DNA of 58,351 bases, the filler included, from Streblomastix strix (Eukaryota): assembly GCA_008636045.1 (NCBI GenBank). It is 3 parts of 3 records of this genome, joined end to end, with 100 filler letters (N's around TTAATTAATTAA, not from the genome) between each part and the next. Parts side by side here need not be neighbours in the genome. Positions count along the whole stretch, not along the records: positions 19,515 to 38,885 come from SNRW01000517.1; positions 38,986 to 58,351 come from SNRW01000518.1; 1 more part is not named here. One strand, written 5' to 3'. Positions within the stretch are counted from its first letter, which is position 1. Each line of letters opens with the position of its first letter. Positions 27,051 through 41,900 of this stretch are shown here, in pieces. The notes under the pieces were generated by a model. It had not been told where the DNA came from and made no database searches. It was given only the letters and a program-made list of their open reading frames with translations. Position numbers and translations under genes: made by a program.

Positions 27051-28059
27051 GCGTAATTGACTTCTGTACTTAGAATATAAATATTTTTATATTTTTTATT
27101 TTATTAGTATACATGAAATTATAAGAACAATTTCATTTATAATTTCATGTTTCAATATGTTTTAATCTCCTACTATTCGATCTCCTTCTAATTCTATTCA
27201 ATCTTCTAATTTTATTCCATCTAACTCACATTAATCTATAACATAATCATTATCTGTTACTGATGTTCCATTTTGGAGTGTAAATTTCAACTACATATCT
27301 ATTTAATTAACAAAATATTAATGAATTTGTTTAAAATGATTTGATTTTTGTTTTTATTTGTCTTTTTTTCATTTATTAGATTACATATCATAGCTTTGCA
27401 TTATCACTTAGCAATTAAAATGGATTCCCTACAGAAATTGAAAAAAAATTATGTATGTTAATATTTATTTATTTATTATTTCATTTCTATATTAACTTAT
27501 CTTAATTCGCTTTCATACAAAGATTTGATTTGAAAGAATTGCGATAAGATTCAGAAAGTTATATATGAATGTTATTGCAAAAGAATTCCATTTAATTGAA
27601 ATATGATTAGATATTGAAATTAGTAAATGTTTGAAGTGAATCAAATAATAAATAATTATCTATAGTTTTTCTATTATTTTTTTCCATTTTATCATTTAGC
27701 TTAAATGGTCATTTTATTATCATCATTATCTTCTTAGTTTTAATCTTCTCATAAAACTCCGCTTTAGATGAATGTAATTGAATTGTTTGTTCACGTATTA
27801 TTGGAATGGTACGCATTAAAGAATAAAATAAATATTTAATATTATTCGGATATTATATTGTGATTTTTTACTAACTTTTTTATATTTATTATATTTTTTT
27901 CGAATAAAGAAGATATCACCTGCTGGTCTATCATTTATTTTGATTGACATTGCCAGTATTGAAATATTAATAATATGAAATAAGAATAATTTGTGATTGA
28001 AATATTATTTTACTTATTAAGTATTCAAATATTATTTATTATTTTCATTTTTTCCTGTA

Positions 28060-28540
28060 TACAACGATGTTATAAATATTTCTGTCGGATGTTCTCTGCA
28101 CTTATATATCTACATCCACTTGGTATAGCTCATTTATGTGTTAACAATTCAGTTTTATTACTATTATTATAATTTCCATTATTATTATATAGTAAATTAT
28201 TTATACAATAGTAATTAACTATTTTTAATTTAATTTTTCTTTGAAATCAACTAGAAATGATATCCAGATTTAGTCCATTTGAAAGCCGATCACTCGCAAA
28301 AACAATAGAGAAAATAACCAAAAAAGAATGATTTTTCTAATCAAATTAAAGATTAATAGTGGGAGATACTAATATCTACAGTCGATGAGGTTTGAAAAGT
28401 TTAATATTTATTTAATATATACTAATTTTTATTTAAAAATCAAGAATTGAATAAATATCCAACTGCAGTTGAGTTATTAGATAATGATCTGATGCATTTT
28501 TATTCTGAAATTGAGAAAGTTACAGATTGGAAAGAATGAT
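28060..28540 (+). pseudogene. Protein kinase remnant
   Basis: CYKYFCRMFSALIYLHPLGIAHL, LEMISRFSPFESRSLAKTIEKI, YPTAVELLDNDLM; internal kinase subdomains are missing. Confidence 0.55.
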
Positions 28541-28599
28541 TTGGAGGAGAGATGCAAATTTAGATATGAAGATGTTTTATAGGATGGATTCACATTATC

Positions 28600-31500
28600 T
28601 GATTAAGATATAATAAATGATATAATGAGGATTGGATGGCCATGTTAAGTATATTTAATATCAAATGGAAAATGATAACTAAATTAAGAATATTTCCTTT
28701 CTTTTCGTTTTCTATCATCAATTAAACAGAATAAAAGATGAAAAGTCTATATGAAAAAAATAAAAAGATTGTATACAATATTTAATATTGGCATTAATCT
28801 GATTCATACTATCAACGATATTGCTTTTGATTGGACTTGGCATGAAAAATAATAAAATACGAAGAATGCATTTCTAACTTAATCCATATTATCATCTTAA
28901 TATTGATAATTTAATCCTTTATTATTATCATTTCACCAATAACAATAAAAATTATATCCATGATCTTCATCATAAATTATTCTTTCTCAAATTGGATATG
29001 AATCTTGACTCGCCAATTGATCACAATATTCATTTCCTCAATTTGCTTTTCTTACCTCAAAAGGTATATAAGTATCAAATTAAACAAAGAAATTGTCTTT
29101 AAAATCCAAATATATATTATGAATATGAAAAAGTAAATGAATTGAAATCAAATTAATTATAATAATCAGAAATAGAAAAACAAGATGAGAAGTGTATAAA
29201 GATTAATATCAAATAAAGAATTGATTATAAACTTAGTCATATAGCATGGATTGGTCCATATTCATTTGCTTTGGCTATATCAACTCCAATTGATGCAATA
29301 TTAGTATTGAGCGCATCAAAATAATTAAAAGGAAAGAAAATATAGAGTAAATTGGAAGAAAAAGTTACGACAGAACAAAATGAAAATAAATAAACTAGAA
29401 TTCCTGGATCAAAGAAATTGGATATAATTCATGTCTTCTAATTTGATCATCAAGTAATATATGTTTCAAATCCATCATTAATTCCTTCATCCTCTTAATC
29501 GCCAATATCTTCTTCATCATAATAATTATTCAGTAGAAGAGCTTCATTTATCATTTAACTTTCATCTGGACAATTACATCGAATAACATTTTCAATTCAT
29601 ATGGAAGTTGATATTGAATAAAGCATTGAAAATACTAACAATGAATTAAGTAAAGAAAAATAAATAAATAAAAATTAAAATAACGATTTAAATTTGAAAT
29701 TAGAAGAGATTAAAGAAATTCATTTATCTCCTAGCAAATAAATAATCTTAACATATACAAAGAATTCATCAATAAATAAATAATATTATTAATCATTTCT
29801 AACAAATGAAATAATCCTTACTTTATCTTCATCTTCTTTTACTTATTAATAATCTCAATAATCAGCACTTTCTATTAATGGATAAATTGTATTGAGTGGT
29901 GTGGAATCATTTAGTATTTATAAAGACACTAATGAATTATAAAGTGTGATTGAAATTGCAATGTAAAATTAAATGCATTTCATACCTTTGACACAATCTT
30001 CATTAGATTCAAAACGATCTAAATTCAACAAACAATCAAATTTCACTCCACTTATATACAAATGAGAAGTTGAAAGAGGATCTTCAATTGTTGCATTGAT
30101 TGCTCCATCATCATCATAATAATAATCTTCATCTTTGTCATCTCTCAATTTATTATCTTCCTCTTCCACATCACCAAAAGTGATTCTATAGATGCCCTGA
30201 GGTACATTGGAATAAATACATCCACGTCCTCTAGTATTGCACACTATAATTAAATATATGTATGGGAATGGGAATGAATAGAAACTATAATAATCATCTC
30301 TAACTCGTCCATTCAATACAATTCTTTCTCCTATTCGTCTTCATCGTATTGAGATGTCCATTATATGTGATATTAACCCATCATTATTTATATATGAAAT
30401 AAAATAATTTATTAATAACGCTCTTTGGAAGCCTTTTTCTGATTAATCAGATGTAGAATAAGGATTCTTAAGATGGTTTAATGAAGATGATATATAATAA
30501 GATAATAACATTATTAATGCATCATTTCCTTTCAACTTAGATTCTACATTGATTTTATCCTTCATTGATGCAATATCATCTTCATATGTAAGAAATGGAT
30601 AAAGATTTGATGAAGAAGAGGATAGCGATGAAGAAGAAGAAGAGAAAGTGTATCAGAAGGAGATATAAATAAGAGAAAATAAAAGAAGAGAAATAAAAGA
30701 TGAAGATGAAGATGATTATAATGAATTAAAAGATGATTAAGTAGAATAAGAAGAATAATAATTATAATATGATTATGGGAAAGTGAGTGATACAAAAAGA
30801 AAGAAGGGATTCTGGAGCAATTAATCAAAATAATAACAATAATAATATAAGAAAAATAAACAAATGAAAGATGAATTTGAATAAAAATATATTTCCAAGT
30901 TGTTTGTGAATGATTTAGATTTGATTGAACAGGAAAGAATTAATTAGATGGAAAATTATTAAATAAAGAGAAAAGATAACAAAAAAGAAAATATAAGAAT
31001 GAATGAAATAAATTTATAAAGATTGTTTTAAATTAAAGATAAATTTAGTATTTAAACTACAAAATAATAATAAATAACATCTAAATATATTTGACGAGAG
31101 TTAATGAAAAAGGATGAAAATATATTTATTATTGATGCAGAAAAATTTACATTAATTGATAATGAAATAGATGATGAAGATGAAGATGATGAGGAAGAAG
31201 ATGAAAATGATACTGGTAATAATAATGGTAAGGAAATAACTAATATTAAAATCAAACTTCTTTCTGAAATGAAAATAATCAACTCTTCAGTTAATTCACT
31301 TCTTATAAACCATTCAAATTAATCTCTTTTATCTTCATCATAATAATCTTCTTCTTCACTCTCATTTCACTCATCAGTTAAGATACCACATTTAAGAGCC
31401 AATTTCATTCTTATATCCTTAGCCAGATAACTGCATAAATTAGCAAAAAGAGGAATAGATGAAGTAATTGAGTGTGAAAAATAGAAACATTAATCAAAAC

Positions 31501-34030
31501 AAACTCAATAATAATCACAACCATCTCTTCCCATTATTAAACTAAGGTTATTCTCACTTATTGAATGTTTAGCCAATATTAGACCTCCAAAATATGATTC
31601 TATATTATTCATTATATCTTCTTTGCCTAAATGGATCATTGTTGATAGAAAATAAGAGAAATAGAAAGAGAATGATGCATAAAAAGAGAAAGAAACAATA
31701 TTGGACAATATTGAGAAGAATAAAGATGAAAATATTGGAGAGAATGTAAATGAAGATCAGTAAAAATAAATTAATGTTGTAAGAGGAACAAAAAATATGA
31801 ACTAAAGACTTCGGTCTTAAGTATGAATATTATTCTTATTTCACATATTCATATATATATATATATATATTATTTCTTATCAATTATTTATCCAGCTTCT
31901 CGCACATTCCTAATTTGTATGTGAAGGTGCAGATATACTCTCAGATTTAGCATTATAAACATATGACTTATAATTAACTAAGGAAATTGATTCATTAACA
32001 TAGAGAGATCCTAAGGTATTAATATAACTGAATAATGAAGAGAAAATAATAATAAATTAATGTAATTGAAAACATGTGTATATTATATATATTTATTTAT
32101 TTATATTCAGTACAGGAATATCTTCCTCATTTGGCTCAATTTGCATCCAAAGCAAACAGATGGAGAGAAAGATATGAAGAAAATGAAGATGAGTAGTAGT
32201 AATAATAATAATAAAAGAATTGGAAATATTAATAATATCCATCACAGGCATATTGGGAAATGTAGATGAGAATGGAAATAGATGAAGAATTGAATAACAA
32301 ATATAAATAACTTTGTGATTATTATATATTAATTATTTTGGATGATCGACAGATTATATAAGAAGAGTTAAAGAAGATTATATAAATAGAAGATTAAGAA
32401 AAATAATCAAATTAATCTTCACATCCATTTTAACTTAATCTTCTTCATTCTGTCAATTCTCATAATTTGTAATTTAGAATGTTTTGAGATAAGAAGCCGT
32501 TATATTGTTTGATAATTTTCCTTAATAAATTATATAAATAGAAAGAGAAGACAAAAGCGAAGAAAAATATGATAATTGTAGTAATATTCTTTAGATATAT
32601 AATTAACTACAATCTCTTCTTCATAATATAAATGATAAAAGACTTCGATATCTCAAAATATAACTTATATTATCACAAGTTTAACTAATCAGTGATGATA
32701 GCAAAGAGAAAGAGAAAGAAAAAGACAAGGAAAATGATTAATAATTAAATTAATATGATAATTAATTAGAATATTTTGATAAATAATAAGAAATAGACTC
32801 AGAAAATAAATCCAAATTAATTAAAATTAAGAAATTGCGATAATCTGCTTTGCTTCTTCGTGTATATAATGAGAAAGAAAATGCTTTAAATTTATTTATT
32901 TAAGGAATAATGTGGAAAAAAACATTTATTATATCTGGTATGATGATCATAGAAGAAAATGAAGTAGAAATTTGTGAATCTGAAAAATATGATAATGAGT
33001 AAAATCATCTTCATCTATACAATAAGATAATAATAATCAGATTAATCTTAGTCATTTCATTCAATTTATCTCAATCATTCATTCAATGTAACAGAAATTA
33101 GAAGAAGAAGGAAGATATTCTGAAGCTGTATAATTAGTTCTTTATATGTATAACAATAGAAATGTAAGAACAATTAATAATGAAAAAGATGATTTGGATA
33201 TTAAAGATTAACATTTTATTAATTAAGATATTAATTAGAGATAAATTAAATTGATTTAACTATTCTCAAAAGGATATTAATGGATTGATGCTCTTACAAT
33301 TGTATTCACCTGTTGCTTATTAAACATTTACTATGATAAAGATAATAAATAATAATAATTCAAATAAACGTAAATGAATTAATATAAACAATAAACAATA
33401 CTCATATATTAGAAAGTCAAAAAATCTATATTATTACATTCAAAAGAAATTCTTTCTCAATTGAAGCAAAATTTAGCTTTAGTCTAGTTATAGAAAAATA
33501 AGATGGAATCACTTCTTGGATTCTTAAATAGTAATATTGTACCTAAAACTATATTCATTAAACGTAAAGGACCGAATATAGATAAAAGATAATAAGACAA
33601 TAATGTGAAGAAGGAGAAGAATAAAGATGAAAATAAGGATGAAATTGGAGATAAAGTGAAGAAAGAAGAATAAAAAGAATAAACAAAGAAAGAATTGTAA
33701 AATAAATAATAAGAAAAATAAATGAAAGAATATGAATCAAATAAAGAGAGAAGATACAAAGTGAAGAAAGGATGGGGTACAGATGCTGATTTAGCTGATA
33801 AACAGGCTGACCCTGAAACTTCACATTTATTTGGAGTGAACAAGAAGGAGAGAAATAAATAAATTGAAAAGAATAAAAACATAAAAATGAGCGGAGACAT
33901 TGAAGATGCAGTAGGAATTGAAAATGAAGAATAAATAAAATTAGAATAAACATAATAAAATGATACTTAATAAGATTAAGTTAATAATAAAACGAAGAAC
34001 AAGATTCAAAATATTGCATTATTGTGATCA
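28600..34030 (+). pseudogene. ELP1: Elongator complex protein 1 (IKI3/ELP1), expanded by low-complexity inserts, disrupted
   Basis: YK*EVERGSSIV, KVILQMP*GTLEQIHPRPLVL, RLHRIEMSIICDINP, ALQTYDLQLT..QRDPK/EYLPHL across an intron. TGA at 30063 and 30198; frameshifts at the 5' end; both ends approximate. Confidence 0.85.
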
Positions 34031-34166
34031 AAATAGGAGATAATAAAACAATCGATAGTGCACAATATTTATGTTTTATTATGTGGTTTTATTTTATATA
34101 TTTAAAATAATAATTGAATTGATAACAAATTTTATAAATAATGTAAGATTATAAATTAAAATTATT

Positions 34167-36080
34167 CACTATTTGAATTAACTCTTTTATAATTTAATAA
34201 ACTCTTTGACTGTTTCTTCAAATATGTTTTTCTTATTAATTATGGTGGTATAAGTGTTGACTTTATTTGCAACAACATCATATTCTGTTGCGAGAGGTGT
34301 CAATATCGCTGGTTGATCTATACCTGATAGTATTTGGCAAATAAGCATATCATTAAATCTTGAGAAACAAAGAGAAAGCTTAAATTCCACAATTTACAAT
34401 TTCTTAACCTTTTCAGGTAGGTTATTAACTTCCATTTTAAGGAATTAGTATTTATCATCATCGTTTTTTTCTTCACTTAATTTACTTTTTTTTCATTTGC
34501 TTATTGCTAGAAAAATTCCACTAATTCATTTAGACAAGTGAGACCTTCTTCTGGTAAGGAATGCTTGATTAGACGGGAAAAATAACCAAACACTGAATCT
34601 ACTTCATTTTTCACGATGCTCGGGGAGAAATAGTTGATAGTGAACTGACAATAAGGGGTGACTGTGTCTTTTTCCATATAAGATTAATACAATTAACTTT
34701 CTTTCTGATCTTAATCAATCATCAGCATTGGATTTTCTTTGTTCAGAAGGGCACAAACGAACTGTTTGCTTCTGAAACGTGTCTCACCATCTGACCAAAA
34801 CTTAATTCTTCCTATTCTCCTGAATTCTTTCTCCTTTGTTATTCTCTTAAGGGATCAGAGAACAAATGTTGATGTAAGATTAAGACAAGTACTGAGGATT
34901 GTGAATACTTTCTTGATATATGTACAATCATCTGCACAAATGTGTGAAATGAATATCATGCAAGTAATGGGCATATTCTCGAAAAATTCCTACTCAATTT
35001 GGTCATGTTAGTTGACTAAATAAAAATTCTCCTTGAAATCTGCTATAATTGTCATTTCTCCAGGGCCGACATTAAAATCATCACAATACATCTCTTCACG
35101 TTGATGTTGCTCTTCTTATCTGTGTTATCTGTATAGTATGAAAAATTCTTTAACTAAATCGCTTTATTATTCTTAAGTTTCATTATTATTATTCATTTAT
35201 AATATAAGTTTCTCGGCAAAGTTACATATAAAACAGAGATCTGTTCTATTTGTCGGAGATTCTATATTCTCTGTCTTTCGATAGAATGATGCTCGTGAGA
35301 GGAGTACGAAAGGTAAGAGAATATAGAAGCTTTTAAGTAATTTTCCTTAAGGCCCATACAAAAATCTTTTCTCTCCCATAAGTTAAAAGTCCCCATAGAA
35401 GCAAATTGGAGAAATATCTGGAACTGTCTCATATTTTCCATCAAAAATTGCCTCAATATATAGATGTGTGCCACCTGATTGTATAACTACAGGCAGATTT
35501 ACAACCATTAATGGAATAATATCAGTTTCTGAACTACTTTCTTCTTTTTCCGGTATGAATTCGCTAGAGGAGTGATGATTTAATTCTTTTCATCTTATTG
35601 ATAACCCCAGTTATGATTTTATCTCTATCCTTTCTTTATCTTTTTCTGTAAGGAATATTCACTAATTTTCTCTTATTGTTTTCCAGTTTTTAATTCATTT
35701 TCTTTGTTTTATGAGAGTTATTCATCATATTCCTTTCTATCTTACATTTCCTTTTATTAAATTGCAAATAAATATGTGTCTATGGACAAAGCGAATTCAT
35801 CCTTTAAAGTTGAGTCACTAACTGCTATTCTGTATTTTTGATGAAAGTACGATATCTTATTAAATTATTGTCCCATCTTCACTTCTTTAACTATCTTTTT
35901 CATCTTCAGTCTCACATTCAATATCAATTGGATTATTCATAGATCCTTCGCTCCATATTCATGTTTTTTTCTTTTAATTTATAGCATCTTTTTCTTCAAT
36001 AACTATTTAGTTCACTTCAAATAATTCAAATCTTAATCTTAAGAATTTGTTCCCGAAGACTCTTTGATTATACTTTCCAT
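34167..36080 (-). pseudogene. Sola2-like DDD transposase, degenerate
   Basis: RTDLCFIC, IIADFKENF, FWSDGETRFRS and NYFSPSIVKNEVDSVFG resemble the DFxEN / SDG / HGKxxxD motifs. TGA at 34855-34857 plus a frameshift. Confidence 0.65.
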
Positions 36081-38089
36081 AGCTAAATATATAAATATTC
36101 ACAAAATAAAATATAAATTAGATTTTTTGACAAAATATTGTTTGAATTTGGACTTTTTTTGTTTTTTTTTAATGAATTTTGATATCTAGTTGAAAATTCT
36201 TAATTTGTTATAAAAGATAATAAAATTTTTATTAATAAATAAATTTAAATAAAATATTTAATTATTTCAAATTTTTTGATGAATATTGTACGTAATGAAG
36301 CGTAAAAATTACCATATGAAAAAATATTATTTTAATTTGTTTAATAATTCTTAAATTTATAATATTATGTCATAAATTTAAACTATTATATATATTATAA
36401 AAATCACTATTGAACAATATTTCAATTTTTATCAATTCAAAGAAAAAGATTTTTTTAAAATTTTTTTTAATTTTTTTTGTATGTAATAGTAAAGTTTATT
36501 ATATATTTCACGCATTTAGTTTAATTGTGCTGAATAATAAATTTCATTAAAATGAAAATTTAAATCTCCGTTGAGACTCTCCCACATGTCAAAATAATTA
36601 GAATAAATTTAATCAACGGAACCGTTATTTGAACCATTGATTTATTTATTGTTCATTTTCATATTGTACAATATGCGTGAAGAGATGGACTGTTTTAGAT
36701 TCATAATAAAATGAATCTGGATAGAAGAGGTTAAATATTGAAGAAATTGATGATTATAAAGGATTATCCTAAGAAGGATATGAAATAAAGAAATGATACA
36801 ATTTCATATGTAGTGTTGAATGTACAGTTGAAGGAAGATGGAAGAAAGGATTTGGCATAAGTGAGAAAGAACTTGAAGAACAAGAATTAATTGAAGAAGA
36901 AAATAAAAGTGTTATAGAAGAATTTCCAGATATAAACATACTCATGCCTTGATCAAGAATCGAAAATGAAATCATTAAATTGAAATTTACAATAAATATA
37001 TTCAATCATTCGAATTAATATGAATTTTTATTTTATTTTTATCAAAATTACGGGGATTAAAAGCTGTAAAAAGAGATCCTTTGCCCAACAACTGCAACAA
37101 TAGATTTTATATCATCGTAAACTTCTTGTTTTTATTCTTCTCTAATTTCTTTTTGTAAGGATTATGGCCAGCTAATGCTCATCATATCTTCAATTTCTTT
37201 AGTTACTCAAGGAATTGATTTTCTTTTAATGATTTCAATCTAAAAATCTTGCAAAGCAAAAGGAAATATAATTTAAGCAGACCAAGAAGTTATTATTTAA
37301 TCGTTGGAAATTGTTGTAAATGAATGATATTTAATGCGCGAACTACCAGGTTGTGATGATGTATATAATATCTGTGGTTAGAAATTGAAGCTTTATAAAG
37401 CACTTGTATGAACAAATTCATATTTACAGAAAATAATTATATAATCTACTCTTTCTTTCTTAATCAAGTCGAATAAGTGTAGCTGCAACTCTTGCATCAT
37501 CACGGCCACTTATAACCAGGAGATATTTTTGATTTGTTATCCCCGTATCTCCTTATCTCAATTTTTTATTGAGATACCATTGTGGCTCCAATTTGGTCGG
37601 TGCACGAACAGGCATCCGACCTATGGGGTGGCCTATTTGATGGGGTAAAGAATTCAAAAAAGAAAACAACAACTTTATAAAAGTAATAAAAAATTACATC
37701 CAGGTCTCGGTAAAGAGAGACCGGCAAGACGAGTCAAGACAAGAAGAAATTATAAAATATAATAGTCAAAGTGGGATAAAATTGATAAATTAATGGTTCA
37801 ACTGCTCTCATGAGCAAAAGAAAATATAGAATCTCATAGAAAAACCTCAAATAAGAGATAATATATAAATCTTTTGGATCTTAAGATTTTTCGTATAAAA
37901 ATAACAACATTCATCCACGCCAAATGATTTTTAACATCAACCCATATTGTTATTTATTATAGCCATTGTATATGAATAACGTATAATATTAATGTTGTAA
38001 TTAATTATCAAATTACAACAAAAATTAATATTTATAGATAAAAAATAATTTTATTATCTATAATTATTATTTTTTTTTATTTCCTAATA

Positions 38090-38885
38090 AATGTCTAAAT
38101 TGACAAAACCAGAAATTTTTTAATTAATGGCTATTATTAGACCTATCAATGAATAAGAGAAATATGGTTCATTATATATTGAATTAGTTACTAATTAAAA
38201 GGATTTAAATTATACAGGAAGTAGAACAAACTTTAATAATTTACATCATTTTCTTGAGAAATAATTAGATTAAACATGTCAATAACTTATATAAGAAAAT
38301 GATGTCAATTAATCAGATTTCATAGAAACGTTGTATGATAGATAACATTAACTTTTCATTAATAAATTTGATATTGATAGAATATATATTGATAGAATTA
38401 ATAAAGCAAAATAGAGATTAAGAATATATGATAATATAGATTAATACAACATTAAATGGTTTGATGTTGATAGAATGTATAAAGATAGAATTAATAAAAT
38501 TATACATAGATTAGATGCTTACGATAATATAGATTAATTCAAAGTTAAACAGTTTGATGTTGATAGAATATATAAAGATAAAATCAATAAACATAAACGT
38601 AATCCCAATCAATAATTGATACAAAATGAAAATGATTTCTCTAGCACATTTTCAACAATTGAAAATCTAAAAATAATAAATAAAATATTATAAATAGCAT
38701 TACAGTTATGTGATGTTTATAGTGAAGAGGAAGCAATTAAAGCAATAAAAAGAGTAAATAAATTTAAAAATAATGACGCAATTGCTGAAGCTGTTTATGA
38801 TGAAATTACTCATAAACTTCATTACTTTAATAAACAAACTCAGTAAGAGCAACACTCTTAATTTGCAAATAAAGTTTACGATTCA
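38090..38885 (+). CDS. Intronless hypothetical ORF with 31-aa tandem repeats (possibly Polinton-derived), 3' truncated
   Basis: FDIDRIYIDRINK / FDVDRMYKDRINK / FDVDRIYKDKINK at ~93-bp spacing; possible frameshift near the start. Confidence 0.45.
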
Positions 38886-38985
38886 NNNNNNNNNNNNNNN
38901 NNNNNNNNNNNNNNNNNNNNNNNNNNNNNTTAATTAATTAANNNNNNNNNNNNNNNNNNNNNNNNNNNNNNNNNNNNNNNNNNNN
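38886..38985. other. Artificial contig linker
   Basis: N44-TTAATTAATTAA-N44. Confidence 0.98.
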
Positions 38986-41900
38986 TAAACAAAATAAATG
39001 AAAATTAATGAAAATATTAACGAATTGGAGAAAGATAAAGATAAAGAAAAAGAAAAGGTTAAATAAGAAACAATAGAAAATTAAGTAAAGGAATTACACA
39101 ATTAAAAAGAACCAGAACAAAATATCCAAAAATAAGAAGATAAAAATATTAATTCAAATTCATTATCATTAAGTTAATAATAGTGATAAATATAATAATA
39201 GTCTGAACAATAACGAACACAAACTACATAATTAACATAATATGCAAATTAATATTCACCATTCCAATCTTCTATATAATAATAAAATAATTAAGATCTT
39301 TAATAGTAAATACCAATAATATCAACAATATTAACTAAAAATAAATCTCCTTTAGTTATTATTGATCTGCAATAAGTACTGAAATAGACTTAATAAGTAT
39401 AACAGCTAATTAGTAATGAAATAATGAATAACAATAATGATAATAAAGATGACAATAAAGAAATAAATAATAAAGAATAAGACAACAATAAAGACAACAA
39501 TAAAGAAATAACATCAATTTCTATTCTTCCTCATTCATCATCAATTTAATTAGTTTCTTAATAGTCAATATAATAAGTATAATTATTATAAAAAGAAGGA
39601 GAAAGAAAACAATAAGAATAAGATATAATATTGAGTAGATTCAGATAATTTACAACATCTCAATGGGTTTATGGTGAAGAAGAATAAAGAGAAATGAAGA
39701 AAATGATTGAATATGAATATGAATATGAATAAGAATTAGATAATTATAGGGAGAAAAAGAATAGACATTTAAATAGATAAACAAATGATAATAAAGATAA
39801 TGAATACAAATAATTAATAATACAAGATTATGATGAAGAGAGAATATATTAACTTATTGATTCTGACCAATATGAATATATTAATGAAGATATAAATGAG
39901 TAAGATGAATAAGATGAATAAGATGATGAATAATAGACTAATAGATTTAATTAAAACAAAATAAATAAATAAACAAATAAATTAAAGTATGATTTAGATG
40001 ATAATTTAAATAATGAAGAAGAAGAAGATTGGAATTAATATATTAAAAAATAATAAAAGTAAGTATAAGAATTGTATGAAATTATATAGAATGATTAATA
40101 TGAAATGATATAATAGTCAGAAGTAGAAAAAAATGGAGAAAATTAGATTATTGAAGAATAAAATGAAAATTGGAATAATTCCAATAAAAATAAAAATGTT
40201 TAAGTAAATTTTAATTAAGATTAAGTTAATTGTTAACGAAAGAAATAATAAAAGAAATAAAAAAGAAATAATAAAACCAATATATATGATATATTATTAA
40301 ATATAATAAATAATAAGCATAAGATAATAAAGATCAAGAGAGAAATTAGAAACAAAATAATAGAAAGAAATAAAATAAAGCAAATTAATATTGAAGATTA
40401 AATTGAAAGAGAATTAGATATGTGGGAGGATGAAGATGAAGATGAAGATGAATATATGAGTAATGAAAATAAATTAGAAATTGATAATTTAGATGGTGGA
40501 TAAGAATAAGATTAAAAAGATAATCTTATTAAAGACATATAAGATAATAATTTGAATATTAAATAAAATAAACTTAAATTAAATGAGTAGAAATAATTAG
40601 AAAAAGTCCAGAGATAAATATAAAAAGAAAAGTATGAATTTTTAGTTTTTTATTTTATATAGTATTTCACTTATAATTATTAATTATGTATTATAATAAT
40701 AAAAATTAGAAGATAAATCTTTTAATAAATTAGAATATAGTAATCTTAGATAGAATTAGAAAAAGCTGTTAGGTATTATATAATGTAATTATTTATTGAT
40801 TATTGATAATTATTAAATTGATTGGATAATATATCTTACTATCTTTTTTTGATGCACCGTATTTTAATGACTCTATATTATCTATAATTTATAATATAGA
40901 TAATCACATCGCCTATTCTTGCTTAGAATGACATCAAAAACTAGTTTTAATAGAATTAGTTAGAGAGATGGACACAAAAATAAGAATAAGAGTTGAAGTA
41001 AAGACAAATTACAAAGTAGCAAAATAGTAAAATAAAATAATAATTATTAAGATAATCATGAAGAAAAAGATAAAGACGATTAATTAAATAAATTAATTAA
41101 TTAAGTTTAAGTAAATGTAAAAGAAAAGTCAAATTTGAATAATAAAAATAACAAAATAGAATAAGAATTAGTTCCATCGCCATTATAATAAGATAATTAA
41201 TTATTGTAAAATCATCCTTAAAAAGATTTCTAATTTGAAAAGTAAAAATAAATCTCATTTTCTCATCATACTTCTATTCATCCTTACTATATTTAATATT
41301 CATTTGGTCCTACAATATTAAATAGAATACAAATATGTTAATTAATTCAATAAAACAAAGATTAATGTGATAATGAGGAGTAAAATGTAGAAATTCCAAC
41401 ATTATATGAATTATTTGAATTTGCTTCTTCTTTATTTCCATTAATTAAATAAAGATATAATATTTGAATGAAATAGATGCTGTAATAAATAATGAATATA
41501 ATTATAGATGAAGATGAAATTGAAATGATGGAAAGATCAATATATATTTAGAATGAAGAAGAAGGTGAAGAAGAAAGAAGAAGAGAAAGAAATAGAAAGA
41601 TTGAATAAGAAAAAGATAAAGAAAATATAATTGGGAAAGATAACAGAATTGAAGAAGATAATTAAAAGGAATTATAAAAAAAAGATGATAAAATAAAAAT
41701 ATAATAACATAGAAAAAAGAACATTATTCCAATATGTTTTGGTAGATTAGCCGTTTAAGGTTTATTTTTATTATTATTATAGTAATTATAATAATTAGTG
41801 TTTGTATATTAATATTTTGATATTATTTTTTATTTAGGTTATCCATTTTATATAAATGGAAATTATTCATAATCAATTCATATTATACATTCCCATCCAT

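Noticed and set aside
27100..27950. Minus-strand exon-like remnants
   Set aside because: Too degenerate to support a product call.
30063..30200. TGA as selenocysteine or Trp
   Set aside because: The aligned conserved residues are Arg, not Cys or Trp, and no SECIS was evident.
36660..37560. Two short coding-like fragments (+ strand 36670-36951; - strand ~37050-37550)
   Set aside because: They contain internal TGAs and no recognisable domain, so cannot be assigned.
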